From: Macrostomum lignano
Taxonomy: Eukaryota
NCBI GenBank assembly: GCA_002269645.1
Contig: NIVC01000190.1
Coordinates: 1 to 64,000 of the forward strand
Direction: 5' to 3'
DNA length: 64,000 bases
Shown: positions 36,951-52,018 of the stretch, piece by piece
How the letters are laid out: every line of letters begins with the position of its first letter
How positions within the stretch are numbered: the first letter of the stretch is position 1
The notes under the pieces: model-generated
Told to the model about the DNA's origin: nothing
Seen by the model: only the letters and a program-made list of their open reading frames with translations
Databases searched by the model: none
Position numbers and translations under genes: made by a program

Positions 36951-39900
36951 GTGAGTAGAGCTTCGATATTTGACCAGTGTTCTCTGCTTATTTGAGTAGA
37001 TTATTATCGGGTAGACAGCTACTCTTCTAGATTAGGTCATCTGAGTAGTCTTGCTGGGTAGACAGCTACTCTTCTAGATTAGGTCATCTGAGTAGTCTTG
37101 CTGGGTAGAAAGCTGCTCTTATAGATTAGGTCATCTGAGTAGTCTTGCTGGGTAGACAGCTACTCTTCTAGATTAGGTCATCTGAGTATTCTTGCTGGGT
37201 AGAAAGCTGCTCTTCTAGATTAGGTCATCTGAGTAGTCTTGCTGGGTAGACAGCTACTCTTCTAGATTAGGTCATCTGAGTAGTCTTGCTGGGCAGACAG
37301 CTACTCTTCTAGATTAGGTCATCTGAGTAGTCTTGCTGGGTAGACAGCTACTCTTCTAGATTAGGTCATCTGAGTAGTCTTGCTGGGTAGACAGCTGCTC
37401 TTCTAGATTAGGTCATCTGAGTAGTCTTGCTGGGTAGATAGCTACTCTTCTAAATTAGGTCATCTGAGTAGTCTTGCTGGGTAGACAGCTACTCTTCTAG
37501 ATTAGGTCATCTGAGTAGTCTTGCTGGGTAGACAGCTACTCTTCTAGATTAGGTCATCTGAGTAGTCTTGCTGGGTAGACAGCTACTCTTCTAGATTAGG
37601 CATCTGAGTAGTCTTGCTGGGTAGACAGCTACTCTTCTAGATTAGGCATCTGAGTAGTCTTGCTGGGTAGACAGCTACTCTTCTAGATTAGGTCATCTGA
37701 GTAGTCTTGCTGGGTAGACAGCTGCGAGTATAAGCGATCGTTTTTTGAACTGACAGGGGAGACTCAAATCTAACGGAATTGAGCAAAGTCAATTTTTTGA
37801 AGAAAAAGAGAACTCAAGACTTGAAAGAAAATTTCTGCGGAATGGATGACCCTGAAAAGATATCAGGAAGGATGGCATAGCAACCGTAGATAAGATCAGC
37901 CCGGTCGGGAGAGTCTTTCGTTTTTTTCCTCCCATTTTTAGCCTTCGCCTTTCTTCCCGCGGCGTCCGCACTTTTATATGCGCGCGTTTTATTGACTCAG
38001 CCAACCGGGAAGTTCGTTGGCGCGGAAATCCCCATCTTGGCGAGATGAGGAAGGAGTCTGGGACACGGGGTAGAAGTCGATGAGGGGGTTTTAGGCGTGA
38101 CAGCTTTTTGAAACTCGAATTCGTTTTGGAGCGATTTTCTCAGGCAAATTTTTAAGATAAGATCTCCACCGAGCAAAGTGGGCTCTAAAGTTCAATAAAT
38201 TCCCGTTTTTATCTGTTCGCTGGAGTTCAGCTTTTGGAAACTTTTATGTAATTAACAGCTTACCTTTTACTTGCGCCATTACTCATTTACATATTCTCAC
38301 TCACTCACTGACTCACTCATTCACTTACTCACTCACTCACTGACTCACTCATTCACTCACTCATTCACTCATTCACTTACTCATTTACTCACTCATTCTC
38401 ACATACACATTCACTCACTCATTCATTCACTTACTCACTCACTCATTCATTCACTCACTCACTCACTTACTCATTTACTCATTTATTCACTAACTCACTC
38501 ACTCACTGAAAAAACTTTTTACTCATAAAGATGGTCCTGAGTTAACTTGACATAACGCAGTCGAGTTCGCTCATCCCCACAAAAGTACTTTAAAACATTG
38601 ATGGATAGAAGGGCAGACAGCTAAATAAATAGACTTGGCTGGCCCGGGGACAAAAATGATGATTTTTTAGTGCGGATAGCGGGGGCCGCGTCCGAGACGG
38701 AAGATTTGCAGCTTGAAGGCTCTGCCGCTAATCGATAATGTATTGTGATATTATAATGTAGGCAGTATAGCGATACGGCGGTTGGCTCCCGATGTTAATG
38801 CATACATCGAACGCTAGCCGCCTCCCACTCGCGGATATTGTGACAGCGGCTATCCCGAAAGACTTTGATTATCATTCTTGTCTGACAGGCTGAACCGAGT
38901 TTTTAGTAGTTATATGTGCGGATGTTGTATTGGGGTTTATGTGGGCATTATCGACCAGATATTGCTTCAGCATTAGCGCCGCGCCTTATCCCTTCATCAC
39001 TAATTCTTCATCACAATCCCTTCATCACTCTTCCTTCATCACAATCCCTTCATCACTATCCCCTCAACACTATCCCTTCATCACAATCCCTTTATCATAA
39101 AGTCTTCATCACAATCCCTTCATCACTCTCCCTTCATCACAATCCCTTCATTCATCATTATCCCTTCATCACAATCCCTTCATCACGGTCCCTTCTTCAC
39201 TATCCCTTCATCACTATCCCTTCATCACTATCCCTTCATCACTATCCCTTCATCACTATCCCTTCGTCACTCACTATCCCTTGATCACAATCCCTTGATC
39301 ATGATCCCTTAATCACGATCCTTTTATCACTATCCCTTCATTGTAGTCCTTCGTCCGGGCATGTGACACAGCACCCTGTCTTCGTACATTTATTTTGCTT
39401 TACCTAATTGCTAACAACTGTGTCCAGAATCTTATAAACCATAAACTAGCCGGTATACCGCGGGTCATAAAAGATGCTGTGTGTCGCCTTTTTTGCGAAA
39501 GAATACGAGTATTTTACTGTGCTGCCCCTTTTCCTTAATGCCATTAACCAGCGCCCGATTGCGTCAACTACATGCGCGACGGCACCGAATTGCTGAAGAT
39601 TCGGTCTAGCAGTCGACACTTTAAACGCTTCTTCTTTTTGGACACTGAGACCATGGAAATTCGGTGGCATCCGTCTTCTAAGAAGAGACAGAAAGCGAAA
39701 TGTGAGTTCTTTTAATTAAATCATTTTTGGGTACATTAAATTCAGCATCTGGTATCTCACACCCGCCCCACTCCGCACACCCATCCCACTCTGCACACTC
39801 ACCTTTCTCCGAACACCCACCCCACTCCGCACACCCATCCCACTTTGAGCACCCACACCACTCCGCACACCCACCCCACTCCGAACACCCACCAACTCCG

Positions 39901-42900
39901 CACACTCACCCCTCTCCGAACACCCACCCCACTCCACACACTCACCCCACTCCGCACACTCACCCCTCTCCGGACACCCACCCCACTCCGCACACTCACC
40001 CCTCTCCGAACACCCACCCCACTCCGAACACCCACCCCACTCCGCACACTCACCCCTCTCCGAACACCCACCCCACTCCGAACACCCACCCCACTCCGCA
40101 CACTCACCCCTCTCCGAACACCCACCCCACTCCGAACACCCACCCCACTCCACACATCCACCCCACTCCGCACACCCACTCCTACAAGCGCCTTATAAAA
40201 TATTTGGGCACAGTCCACCAGACAGACGCATGGATGGGCAGCAACACGCTGCAATCAGTCCAGTGCGCCTTCCTGTTATTCTGTGATTGTTAAACGTAGT
40301 TTCCATTCTCTGTCCGTTCTGCATGAACTACAAGGACAAGATAAAATAGATTGAGTGTTTGGCAAGGATTAGATGGGTTGCTGCGATCGAAAAAACCTTT
40401 GCCTATCCATTGATCCTGTCCCCAGCCACTAATCTAGCCCTTTACAGCTGCAATTACTATTCTAGCTCGGGTCACGGCCTCCAGCTGCAGTCTCTGCTAG
40501 CAAGGGACTGTACTTGTTTGCCATTTCGGAAATTAGATTCGCCTTCCTTTGATGAAGCTGGGCCTTGATTTCTGGTGCTACATTTTACGCACGGTAGATC
40601 CTTTATGCTATATACTAAGAATTGTGCAATGCTCCTCCCATCCGTGATAGGCTAGCGGCCGCTAGATTAGCAATCTATTCTGTTCCTTCGCATCCGTGAT
40701 ATGCTAGATTAGCAATCCATTCTATTCCTTCGCATCCGTGATATGCTAGATTAGCAATCCATTCTATTGCCTTCCGTTATATGCTAGATTAGCAATCCAT
40801 TCTATCGCTCTCATCATTGTATTGCTTTGCACTATACCAGCTTCCTACATGAAAAAATTTCTACCTCGGTCGCGCATATGAAAGCAGAGACTCAATGTGT
40901 GCATAGAAATTCAAAGAGAGGCTGAGCTTGATATTGTATCATCAGTTTTGTGTTAACACCGGCACGAAAGGAAGAAGGAAACCGTGAGTATTTATTCAAC
41001 CTTGGCGCTCGCATGAGAATAGCCCGCGCCCCATCGGGCCAAATCTCTTCTTAACTTTGCTTTTGTGTCTCTGGGAGCTCCACAAAGCTCCACAGAGAGC
41101 CTGCTCAAAAGAATTTTTAGTACTTTTAGATTTCATTGTGACTAAAGATGGCCACTTCTTTTGACAGTTTCTATATTCGGGAAATTAAAGTAAAAATGTT
41201 ATAATTTGCTATCGTATAGTATTTGAATTGTCCAGGGAGAGAGCTAGAGGGACATCTAGAAGGACATCTAAAAGGGCATCTAGAGGGGCATCTAGAGGGT
41301 GATCTAAAGGGACGCTAGAGAGACATCAAAAGACATCTAGAGTGTAGTTTAGATGGAGATCTAGGGGCGATCTAGAGGGACATCTAGAAGGACATCTAGA
41401 AGGGCATCTAGAGGGGCATCTAGAGGGTGATCTAGAGGGACATCTAGAGGGTCATCTACTGTAGAGGAAAATCTACAGGGTGATCTAGAGTGACGCTAGA
41501 GAGTCATCTAAAAAACATCTAGAGTGTAGTTTAGATGGAGATCTAGGGGCAATCTAGAGGGACATCTTGAGGGAGATCTAGGGGAAGATCTAGAGGGAAA
41601 TCTTGAGGGATATATGGGAAGATCTAGGGGAAAATCTAGAGGGACATCTAGAGGGAGACTTAGAAGAACATCTGAAGGAGTATTGATAGGGAGGTCTCTA
41701 AGGGATATATAGGGAGAGCATCTAAAGGACATCTAAAGGGACATCCAGAAGTAGATCTATTGATAGATTTAGACTGAGATGTCTGATGTAATAAGAGTGT
41801 GAGAAATGTAAGGGCAATAAATTAGAGCATTGATCCTCCCAAAAGCCTCCCCAGTGAGCAAAGAAACCCTCGAGAGCAAAGTAAGAAAAGTTGTCAACTT
41901 CTGATCCGATAATCTGTCTACTGCTGCGGGATCTACTGACACAAGGAGGATTCTGCACTGCAACTCCCGCGTAACGCCTACGAGTAATTATGGACATCTA
42001 CATCTTCCACAGCGAGAATACATCTGATATCGCTAGTGTGAGAAATCTACTCAGGAAATGGATAATGACACAATGATTTATGAATGCCTGGAGCGGATGC
42101 TGGGCTGGAATTAGAATAAGGCGGGATTGATGAGGCGTAATCAAGTGCCAAATGAATTGCCTCTATTATTATGGGCTGCCACTGCTTCTGCAAGGCTGAA
42201 GGAGTACGGGAGAGGTCGTGGGATCTGGGCTTACAGTATGGGGATCTGAGCTTACAGTATGGGATCTGAGCTTACAGTATGGGGATCTGGGCTTACAGTA
42301 TGGGATCTGAGCTTACAGTATGGGATCTGAGCTTACAGTATGGGGATCTGAGCTTACAGTATAGGGATCTGAGCTTACAGTATGGGGACCTGGGCTTACA
42401 GTATAGGGATCTGGGCTTACAGTATGGGGATCTGGGCTTACAGTATGGGGATTCGGGCTTATAGTATGGGGATTCCGGCTTACAGTATGGGATCTGGGCT
42501 CGCAGTATAGGGATCTGGGCTTACAGTATGGGGATCTGGTCTTATAGTATGGGATCTGGGCTTACAGTATAGGGATCTGGGCTTACAGTATGGGGATCTG
42601 GGCTTACAGTATGATGATCTGGGCTTACAGTATAGGGATCTGAGCTTACAGTATGGGGATCTGAGCTTACAGTATGGGGATCTGGGCTTACAGTATGGGG
42701 AACTGGGCTTACAGTATAAGGATCTGGGCTTACAGTATAGGGATCCGGGCTTACAGTATGGGGATTCGGGCTTATAGTATGGGGATTCAGGCTTACAGTA
42801 TGGGATCTGGGCTTACAGTATGGGGATCTGGTCTTATAGTATGGGATCTGGGCTTACAGTATGGGATCTGGGCTTACAGTATTGGGATCTGGGCTTACAG

Positions 42901-44947
42901 TATGGGGATCTGGGCTTACAGTATGGGGATCCGGGTTTACAGTATGGGGATCTGGGCTTACAGTATGGGATCTGGGCTTACAGTATGGGGATCTGGTCTT
43001 ATAGTACGGGATCTGGGCTTACAGTATGGGATCTGGGCTTACAGTATGGGGATCTGGGCTTACAGTATGGGGATCCGGGTTTACAGTATGGGGATCTGGG
43101 CTTACAGTATGGGGATCTGGGCTTACAGTATGGGGATCTGGGCTTACAGTATCGGGAATGTGGATCTACATTACTCATATTGAGAATTTTGTCTCCCGTC
43201 ACGCAGTGAAGCATGCTGATTGTTCATTTTAAAGTACACAGCGCTCTATCAGTCTGGCCAACTTCAATTTATGTGGGCAGCAGCCATGAGAAATTAATTC
43301 GATACAATGCAAGCCAGTGCTGGCCGCCGGCCCCAAGTATGTAAGCAGAAACTAAAATCAAGTAGCGCTGGAATGCTCTCGCCGACACGAGAGAGCTGAG
43401 AGACAGGCGGGAGAGAGGGTAAGAGGCTCTAAAAGATGTAGGCAATTTGAGCTCACTCACGCGGAAGTGCTCAGCGTGTAGAGAGGCTGAGCTAGCACTG
43501 GCTTGCACTCGGTCAAGGACATCTCTAAAATAAAATCTGGAGTGCAAATTTGCCTTATGTGCATGTGGCATAAACTTGATATAAGTTAAAAATCCTTGGA
43601 TACCGATGGAAGCATTTTATAAGCTCGAAGCTTCACAAGCTCGAATATCCACAAGCTCGAATATCCACAAGCTCGAATATCCACAAGCTCGAATATTCAC
43701 CAGCTCGAGTCTTCACATGCTTTAATATTCACAAGCTCGAATATTCACAAGCTCGAATCTTCACAAGCTCAAATATTCACAAGCTCTAATATTCACAAAC
43801 TCGAATATTCACAAGCTCAAATCTTCACAAGCTCGAATAGTCACAAGCTCGAATCTTCACAAGCTCGAATACTCGTATTCACTAGCTTGAATGTTCACAA
43901 GCTCGAAAATTCACAAGCTCAAATCTTCACAAGCTCGAATCTTCACAAGCTCAAATCTTCACCATCTCGAGTATTCACCAGCTCGAATCTTCACAAGCTC
44001 GAATATTCACCAGCTCGAATCTTCACCAGCTCGAATATTCACCAGCTCGAATCTTTACCATCTCGAATCTTTACCATCTCGAATATTCACCATCTCGAAT
44101 CTTTACCATCTCGAATCTTTACCATCTCGAATCTTTACCATCTCGAATATTCACCAGCTCGAATCTTCACCATCTCGAATATTCACAAGCTCGAATCTTC
44201 ACAAGCTCGAATCTTCACCAGCTCGAATATTCACAAGCTCGAATCTTCACAAGCTCGAATCTTCACCAGCTCGAATATTGACAAGCTCGAATATTCACAA
44301 GCTCGAAACTCGAAGAGGTCATGGGAAACAGTTGGCACTCCCAGACTTTAGTTCAGGGTGTCCTTGACTCCGTCCACTCGCTTCCCAGTTTAATGTTTGT
44401 CTTTCTATGGCCTCCCCTAGCTCACGAGCCCCGCTTAAGTCTCTCACTCCATCTGAAGAAGTCTATAATTCATTTTTACTTTACCCTTGGTGTGTTAGCG
44501 TGTAGAAAGTAATAAATCATTGCTCTTCGCTGATTTTTCGCTAATATTTGCTTATTATTTTATAGATTCATATATCATTGCAAAGAGTAATGAATGGAGT
44601 TAATTAAAACAAAATGTTGGGTGTGTTAGAGGTGTATGAAATGTACTTTTGATTTCTAATATATGAGTATATATAGATCTCACCTTTTGTGCTCTTTCCC
44701 TCCTTTCCAGTGCCAATCGACCAGCTCAAGGAGGTTCGCCGCGGCCGCACGTCGGCCATCCTAAAGGACAGCGAAGTTGCCGCCGCCTACCCTGCAGACT
44801 GCGCTTTCACCGTCATCTACGGCGAGGACTTCCTGTCCATGGACCTTGTCGCCGTGTCCCTTGACGACGCTAACGTGTGGGTCACCGGCCTCACCTGCCT
44901 CATCAATGGCCGGCCTGGGCAGCTGTGTGCGTGACCGCGTTTTACTG

Positions 44948-45030
<83 letters not shown>

Positions 45031-45035
45031 GTGGG

Positions 45036-45066
<31 letters not shown>

Positions 45067-45359
45067 GTGGGTGTCTGTCTGTCTGTGTGGGTGTCTGTCT
45101 GTCTGTCTGTCTGTCTGTGTGGGTGTCTGTCTGTCTGTCTGTCTGTCTGTGTGGGTGTCTGTCTGTCTTAGTGTCTGTCTGTCTGTCTGTCTGTCTGTCT
45201 TAGTGTCTGTGTGGGTGTCTGTCTGTCTGTTTGTCTTAGTGTCTGTGTAGGTGTCTGTCTGTCTGTCTGTCTTAGTGTCTGTGTAGGTGTCTGTCTGTCT
45301 GTTTGTCTTAGTGTCTGTGTAGGTGTCTGTCTGTCTGTCTGTCTTAGTGTCTGTGTGGG

Positions 45360-45426
<67 letters not shown>

Positions 45427-48400
45427 GTGTCTGTCTGTCTGTGTTTTAGTGCCTGTCAGTGTCCATCCTAGTGTCTGTCTGTTTGTCAGTTAGTCATTAA
45501 TAAATTAGAATACGCAGCAAGTCGGTCACTAAAACTTGCTAACCGGTTTATTTGTACTTTTATTTTAGCAAGTGATACAATTGAGAAACGGCAACTCATG
45601 CGCGACAGGTGAGTCAACTTTGTCCGTATTTGCCAAGATGCAGTCCGCACTCATCACTTACCAAATATGGTAGTCATATTGACAGTAGACATTAAAAATT
45701 AGTTTACCAATAACATTGCTAGATGGCTTGAAGAAGTGTTCTCAGCCGCTTCACTGGACGAAGACGGATTTCTCGATGAGCAGGACGTCATCCAGCTGAT
45801 GAAGAAACTCAACAGCGGCGTCAACACCTCTAGGATTAAAAAGAAGTTGAAGGTGAGGGTAACGGTTCTATTCTTTTGCATCATTGCTTCCTTTGCCTTG
45901 GGATTTTTATCTCAATAAGATCCCATTGCATTCATCATATTCCATGGGATTTTTATCCCAATAAGATCCCATTGCATTCATCATATTCCATGGGATTTTT
46001 ATCCCAATAAGATCCCATTGCATTCATCATATTCCATGGGATTTTTATCCCAATAAGATCCCATTGCATTCATCATATTCCATGGGATTTTTATCCCAAT
46101 AAGATCCCATTGCATTATTTTAGTCCCAGGGGAATTTTATCCCAATAAGATCCCATTGCATTCAGCCTAGTTCATGGGGGTTTTTATCCCAATAAGATCC
46201 CAATTGCATTATTCTAGTCCCAGGGGAATTTTATCCCAATAAGATCCCATTGCATTCAGCCTAGTCACTGGTGATTTTTATCCTATTCAGCCCACCATAA
46301 AAATTTCTTCCTATTCGCCACAAATCCAGGAGGTGGACATCGCTAACGCAATCTCTTCCCGCGGTCGTTTGAGTAGCTCAGAGTTTGTTAACCTGTTTAA
46401 GGAGATTTCAACGCGGCCGGAGGTTTACTTCCTGCTTGTCAGGTAAGTCAAATGTCAGGCGTGCCAGATCTCTGGGGCGAAATGGGTCTTGAAGAATTGA
46501 CTTTCGGTTGGCTCGAGTTCCACTTAATTCTTAATTATTTCCGTTCGATTTTCGTACTTTTTGCAAATTTTTAGATAGCCAAAATCAGGACTGGGAAGTC
46601 AGATTGAAGCTAAATCCTGTCTCATCCTGTCTCATCTCCTCTTGTCTAATCTCATCCTGTATTATCCTGTCTTATCTCATCTCATCCTGTCTCACTGTCT
46701 CATCTCATCTTGTCTAATCTCATCCTGTCTCATCTCATCCTATCTAATCTCATCCTGGTTCATTACATCCTGTCTCATCTCATCCTGTTATACTGTCTTA
46801 TCTCATCTTGTCTAATCTCATCCTGTCTCACTGTCTCATCATATCCTGTCTCATCCTGTCTCATCTCATCCTGTCCCACTGTCTTATCTCATCTTGTCTC
46901 ATCTCATCCTGTCTCACTGTCTCATCTCATCCTGTCTCATCCTGTCTCATCTCATCCTGTCCCACTGTCTCATCTCATCCTGTCTTATCTCATCCTGTCT
47001 CATCTCTTCTTTGCTCATCCTGTCTCATCTCATCTAATCTCTCTCCTCTTGTTTCAAATTTACCAATTAGCCTTCATCAATCTCCAGTTAGCGACTACTC
47101 CTTCCCATTTATTCCAAATCAGTCCAGCCCTCAGTGTATGATAACTAATTGCTTTCCTAGAAAAATCCTGAGCCTTAAATTTCTGAAGAAAACGTGGAGC
47201 AGCAGAAAGGAGTGGCGAAGGGAGAGACAGAGGCTCGCGAGCAGCACGCCCTCTCCCCCCAGTCCAAATCAGTCATTTTTCCAGTTCAGCGACACGGTTA
47301 TTGCATGCCTGAGCATGTCCTGCCGTCTTGAAGAAGATTCTCCAGTTTTTTTTTCTTCTTTGGGCTCTCGCCTGCCCGCCTGATTCCCCCCCCCCCCGGC
47401 AGGAACTTGGAGGGAAATGGGCGCTGTCCTGGGGCTTGTACTATTTGTGAGTTTGGAGTGGCCTGTCTAATGGACCTGTTTGGATCTCTGACACCCCCAG
47501 ATCCCTCGGACACCCCAGATCCCTCGGACACCCCAGATCCGTCAGACACCCCAGATCCCTCAGACACCCCAGATCCCTCAGACACCCCAGATCCCTCAGA
47601 CATCCCAGATCCCTCAGACATCCCAGATCCCTCAGACACACAGATCCCTCAGACACACAGATCCCTCAGACACACAGATCCCTCGGACACCCCAGATCCC
47701 TCAGACACACAGATCCCTCGGACACTCAGATCCCTCGGACACCCCAGATCTCCCGGACACCCCAGATCCCTCAGACATCCCAGATCCCTCAGACATCCCA
47801 GATCCCTCGGACACCCCAGATCTCCCGGACACCACAGATCCCTCGGACACCCCAGATCCCTCGGACACCCCAGATCCCTCGGACACCCCAGATCCCTCGG
47901 ACACCCCAGATCCCTCGGACACCCCAGATCCCTCGGACACCCCAGATCCCTCGGACATCCCAGATCCCTCGGACACCCCAGATCCCTCGGACACCCCAGA
48001 TCCCTCAGACATCCCAGATCCCTCAGACACCCCAGATCTCCCGGACACCCCAGATCCCTCGGACACCCCAGATCAGATACTCCAGTAAAGATTGTTCTGA
48101 CCAAAGTTTAATCACCGCATTGATTGCATTGCCTTTTGAGTCGCACCTTAACTTGACTAATTTCACCAATGCGCAGATACTCATCAGATGGAGACTATTT
48201 GTCTACGGAAGATCTGCTCATGTTTCTCGAAGCCGAACAGGGGGTACGGTGCTCATAGCTTTTATTGATCTTTGTATGATCGACAGTTCTTAACTCGAGC
48301 TCGTGTCTTTATTTCAGAATTCGAAAGTTAGCAAAGAGAAGTGCTCGGAAATTATTAACCAGTTCGAGCCGTCTACGGAGGGTCGGGCTAAAGGGCAGCT

Positions 48401-51400
48401 GGGCATTGACGGTGGGTCTGCGTTTAATGGGATTTTGAGTAAACCAGTACATGTAAAAGATCCCTGATGGTTTGTCCTAGCACTTAATCCTGTGCAGTAT
48501 GTGACATTTCTAATACCATGTACGTTAGTGGCGTTGAAAACCTCAAATAATAAGCCCCGAATCCTAAATTCCAAAACCAGGATTCCAAATCCTAAATACC
48601 GAATCCTCAATCCCAAATCCTGAATCTCAAATCCCGAATATCAAATCTCGAATCCCGAATCCCAAATCCCAAATCTCGAATCTCGAATCCCAAATCCCGA
48701 ATCCCAAATCTCGAATCTCGAATCCCAAATCCCAAATCCCAAATCCCGAATCCCAAATCCCAAATCTCAAATCCCAAATCCCGAATCCCAAATCCCGAAT
48801 CCCAAATCCCGAATCCCAAATCCCGAATCCCAAATCATAAATCCCAAATCTCAAATCTCGAATCCCAAATCCTGAATCGCAAATCCCAAATCTCGAATCC
48901 CAAATCCTAAATCTCTAATCCCGAATCTCAAATCTCAAATTCCAAATCCCAAATATTAAATCCCGAATCTCAAATCCCAAATCCCGAATTTCATGAATAC
49001 CATATCCCTTATCCTATATCTTATATCCCGAAATCTATAACACATATCCCGAATCCTATATCCCAAATCCAAAATGGCTCAACATGACAACTATAAATTT
49101 TGATATCCCTCCAAAACCCTGATCCAGGATTCACCGCCTTTCTTCAATCGGAATTCTGCGATATTTTCGACCCTGAGCACCTGGCAGTGTGCCAGGACAT
49201 GGAACAGCCGCTAACGCACTACTTTATTAACTCGTCGCATAACACGTATGTAGAAATCCTGATTGGTTTCACTTTAGTCGGGGGGGCGGGGGGGGAGTTT
49301 TTTGCCCACCAAACGAGATTTTATCCTAACCTTGAAATTCAGCTACCTGCTTGAGGACCAATTAAAAGGGAAGTCCAGCGTTGAAGGCTACGAGAAAGCG
49401 TTGAAGTCGCAAGTTCGTTACATTGAGCGTGAGTTGGTAGATCTTGCTTGTGTTTCTAGTCAGTATATTAAATTTAAAACTTTATTTTGTTAGATTTACA
49501 ATCAGCCTCATTAATGATTTGATTCCAGTCGAAGTGTGGAACGGCCCCAATGATGAGCCGATCATATACCACGGCCACACCCTCACCAGCAAGATTGGCC
49601 TGCGGGATGTCCTGGATACCGTGAGGCAGTTCGCCTTCTACAAGACCGAGTGAGTGCTCTGGGGTATGGGATCAAAATGTGGGATTTTTTGGATGGGATC
49701 AAAGTGTGGGATTTTTTGGATGGGATCAAAGTGTGGGATCTTTTGGATGGAATCAAAGTGTGGGATTTCTATTGGGTATGGGATCGGGTGTGGGATTTCT
49801 ATTGGGTATGGGGTCGGGTGTGGGATTTCTATTGGGTATGGGGTCGGGTGTGGGATTTCTATTGGGTATGGGATCAGAGTGTGGGAATTCTATTGGGTAT
49901 GGGATCAGAGTGTGGGAATTCTATTGGGTATGGGGTCGGGTGTGGGATTTCTTTTGGGTATGGGATCAGAGTGTGGGAATTCTATTGGGTATGGGGTCGG
50001 GTGTGGGATTTCTATTGGGTATGGGATCAGAGTGTGGGATTTCTATTGGGTATGGGGTCGGGTGTGCGATTTCTAATGGAGGTGGGATCGGGGTGTAGGA
50101 TTTCTATTGGAGGTGGGATCGGGTTGTAGGATTTCTATTGGAGGTGGGATCGGGTTGTAGGATTTCTATTGGGTATGGGATCGGGTTGTAGGATTTCTAT
50201 TGGGTATGGGATCGGGTTGTAGGATTTCTATTGGGTATGGGATCGGGTTGTAGGATTTCTATTGGAGGTGGGATCGGGGTGTGGGATTTCTATTGGGTAT
50301 GGGATCGGGTTGTAGGATTTCTATTGGGTATGGGATCGGGTTGTAGGATTTCTATTGGAGGTGGGATCAGAGTGTAGGATTTCTATTGGGTATGGGGTCA
50401 GAGTGTGGGATTTCTATTGGGTATGGGATCGGGGTGTGGGATTTCTATTGGGTATGGGATCGGGGTGTGGGATTTCTATTGGGTATGGTATCAGAGTGTG
50501 GGATTTCTATTGAGATGTGATCAGATATGAGATTTATATTGGGGTGTGGTCAGGGTGTGGGATGTCTCATGGAGTTGATGTCAGGGTGTGGGATGTCTGT
50601 AGGGATGGGACCAGAATTCGGGATTTTAGAAACAGCTAGGAAGTCTCTAGGAACGACTTAAGCTTTTTATCTTCGAAATCGAACAAATTCTGAGAACTGC
50701 AATCAGCACAAATGAAACTGAATACATTTGATGAAGCTAATTAATTATCATTCTTTAAGCCGATTTGATTTCTCAGGATTTTATCCTGAAAAATTATAAT
50801 TATGTTAATTGCACCTGCTGACAGGACACTAACTGGGTCTAATTAATTTAATTGAAGTCCTGTCGTTAAGGTAGATGAAGAGACGAGCTCCTGCATGCGC
50901 TACGGGGTAATTAGCGGCAGGGTGCCTTGAGAGATGCCGAAAAATCTATTGCCAATATTTTAAAATTATTTTTTTATTGCTCTAAAAAGAAGTATTCGTA
51001 AAACACATTGGTAAATCTCTCATGATGAAAAAATATCCCAGAATGGGCAATCCGTCAGGATGCAGAAATTTCTCTTATGATGGGGAAATCCCTCATGTAA
51101 CAATTGTGTAAAATATAAAAGTTCCATAGGAAAACGGAACTCAAAATAGTGCAATCCCTTAGGATGGGCAATCCCTTAAAATATGAAATCCTTAGTTAAA
51201 GAAATCCTCAAAATGGGGAATTCCTGACGATCCTCAAATGGGAAATCATTTACGATGGAAAATCCATCTAGAGTGGAAATCTCTCAAGATGGGAAATCCC
51301 TCAAGATGGGAAATCCCTCAGGATGTGAAATCCCTCAAGATGGGAAATCCCTCAAGATGGGAAATCCCTCAAGATGGGAAATCCCTCAAGATGGGAAATC

Positions 51401-51982
51401 CCTAAAGATTTGAAATCTTTTAAGATGGGAAATCCCCCAGGATGCAAATCCATCTGAATGGGAAATCCTTCACGATGGGAAATCCTTCAAGATCAAGAAT
51501 CTCTATGGAGGGGAAATCCCTCAAGATGGGAATCCCCGAGAAGGGGAATTCCTCAAGATCCTCAAGATGGAACGCGTCTGGCACGCGCCACCTCAAACCT
51601 CCCGCAGCATGCCGCTAATCCTGAGCATCGAGAACCACTGCAGCCTGGCCCAGCAGTGCCGCATGGTGCAGCTCATTCGTTCCACCCTTGGCGACTGGCT
51701 GCTGGACCCCGGCTCTGCCAGCGAGTCGGACGTTCAACTGCTGTCGGATCCTCGGCTGTTGACGCCGTCTCGACTTCGCCGACGCATCCTGGTGAAGTGC
51801 AAGAAGCTGCCGCCTCCGCCAGAAGGTGGCGCTTCGGCTGGCTGCGAACGGCAGGTGGCCACCGTGCAGCAAAGCGCAGTCGCCTTCGGCTACGTCAGCG
51901 AAGAGGACGACAATGTGGATATTCAGCGCGATCGAAGTCCCAAGGCGTTTAAAAAGGCTGGAAATCAGTCCCAGCAGTCCCT

Positions 51983-52018
<36 letters not shown>

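Noticed and set aside
37950-38050. CpG-rich patch with E2F/ETS-like motifs as an internal promoter
   Set aside because: The motifs are imperfect and no downstream in-frame first exon could be linked; insufficient evidence.
51220-51250. Hammerhead core CTGACGA...GAAA (also CTGATGA at about 7592)
   Set aside because: Stem II and the flanking helices do not form.
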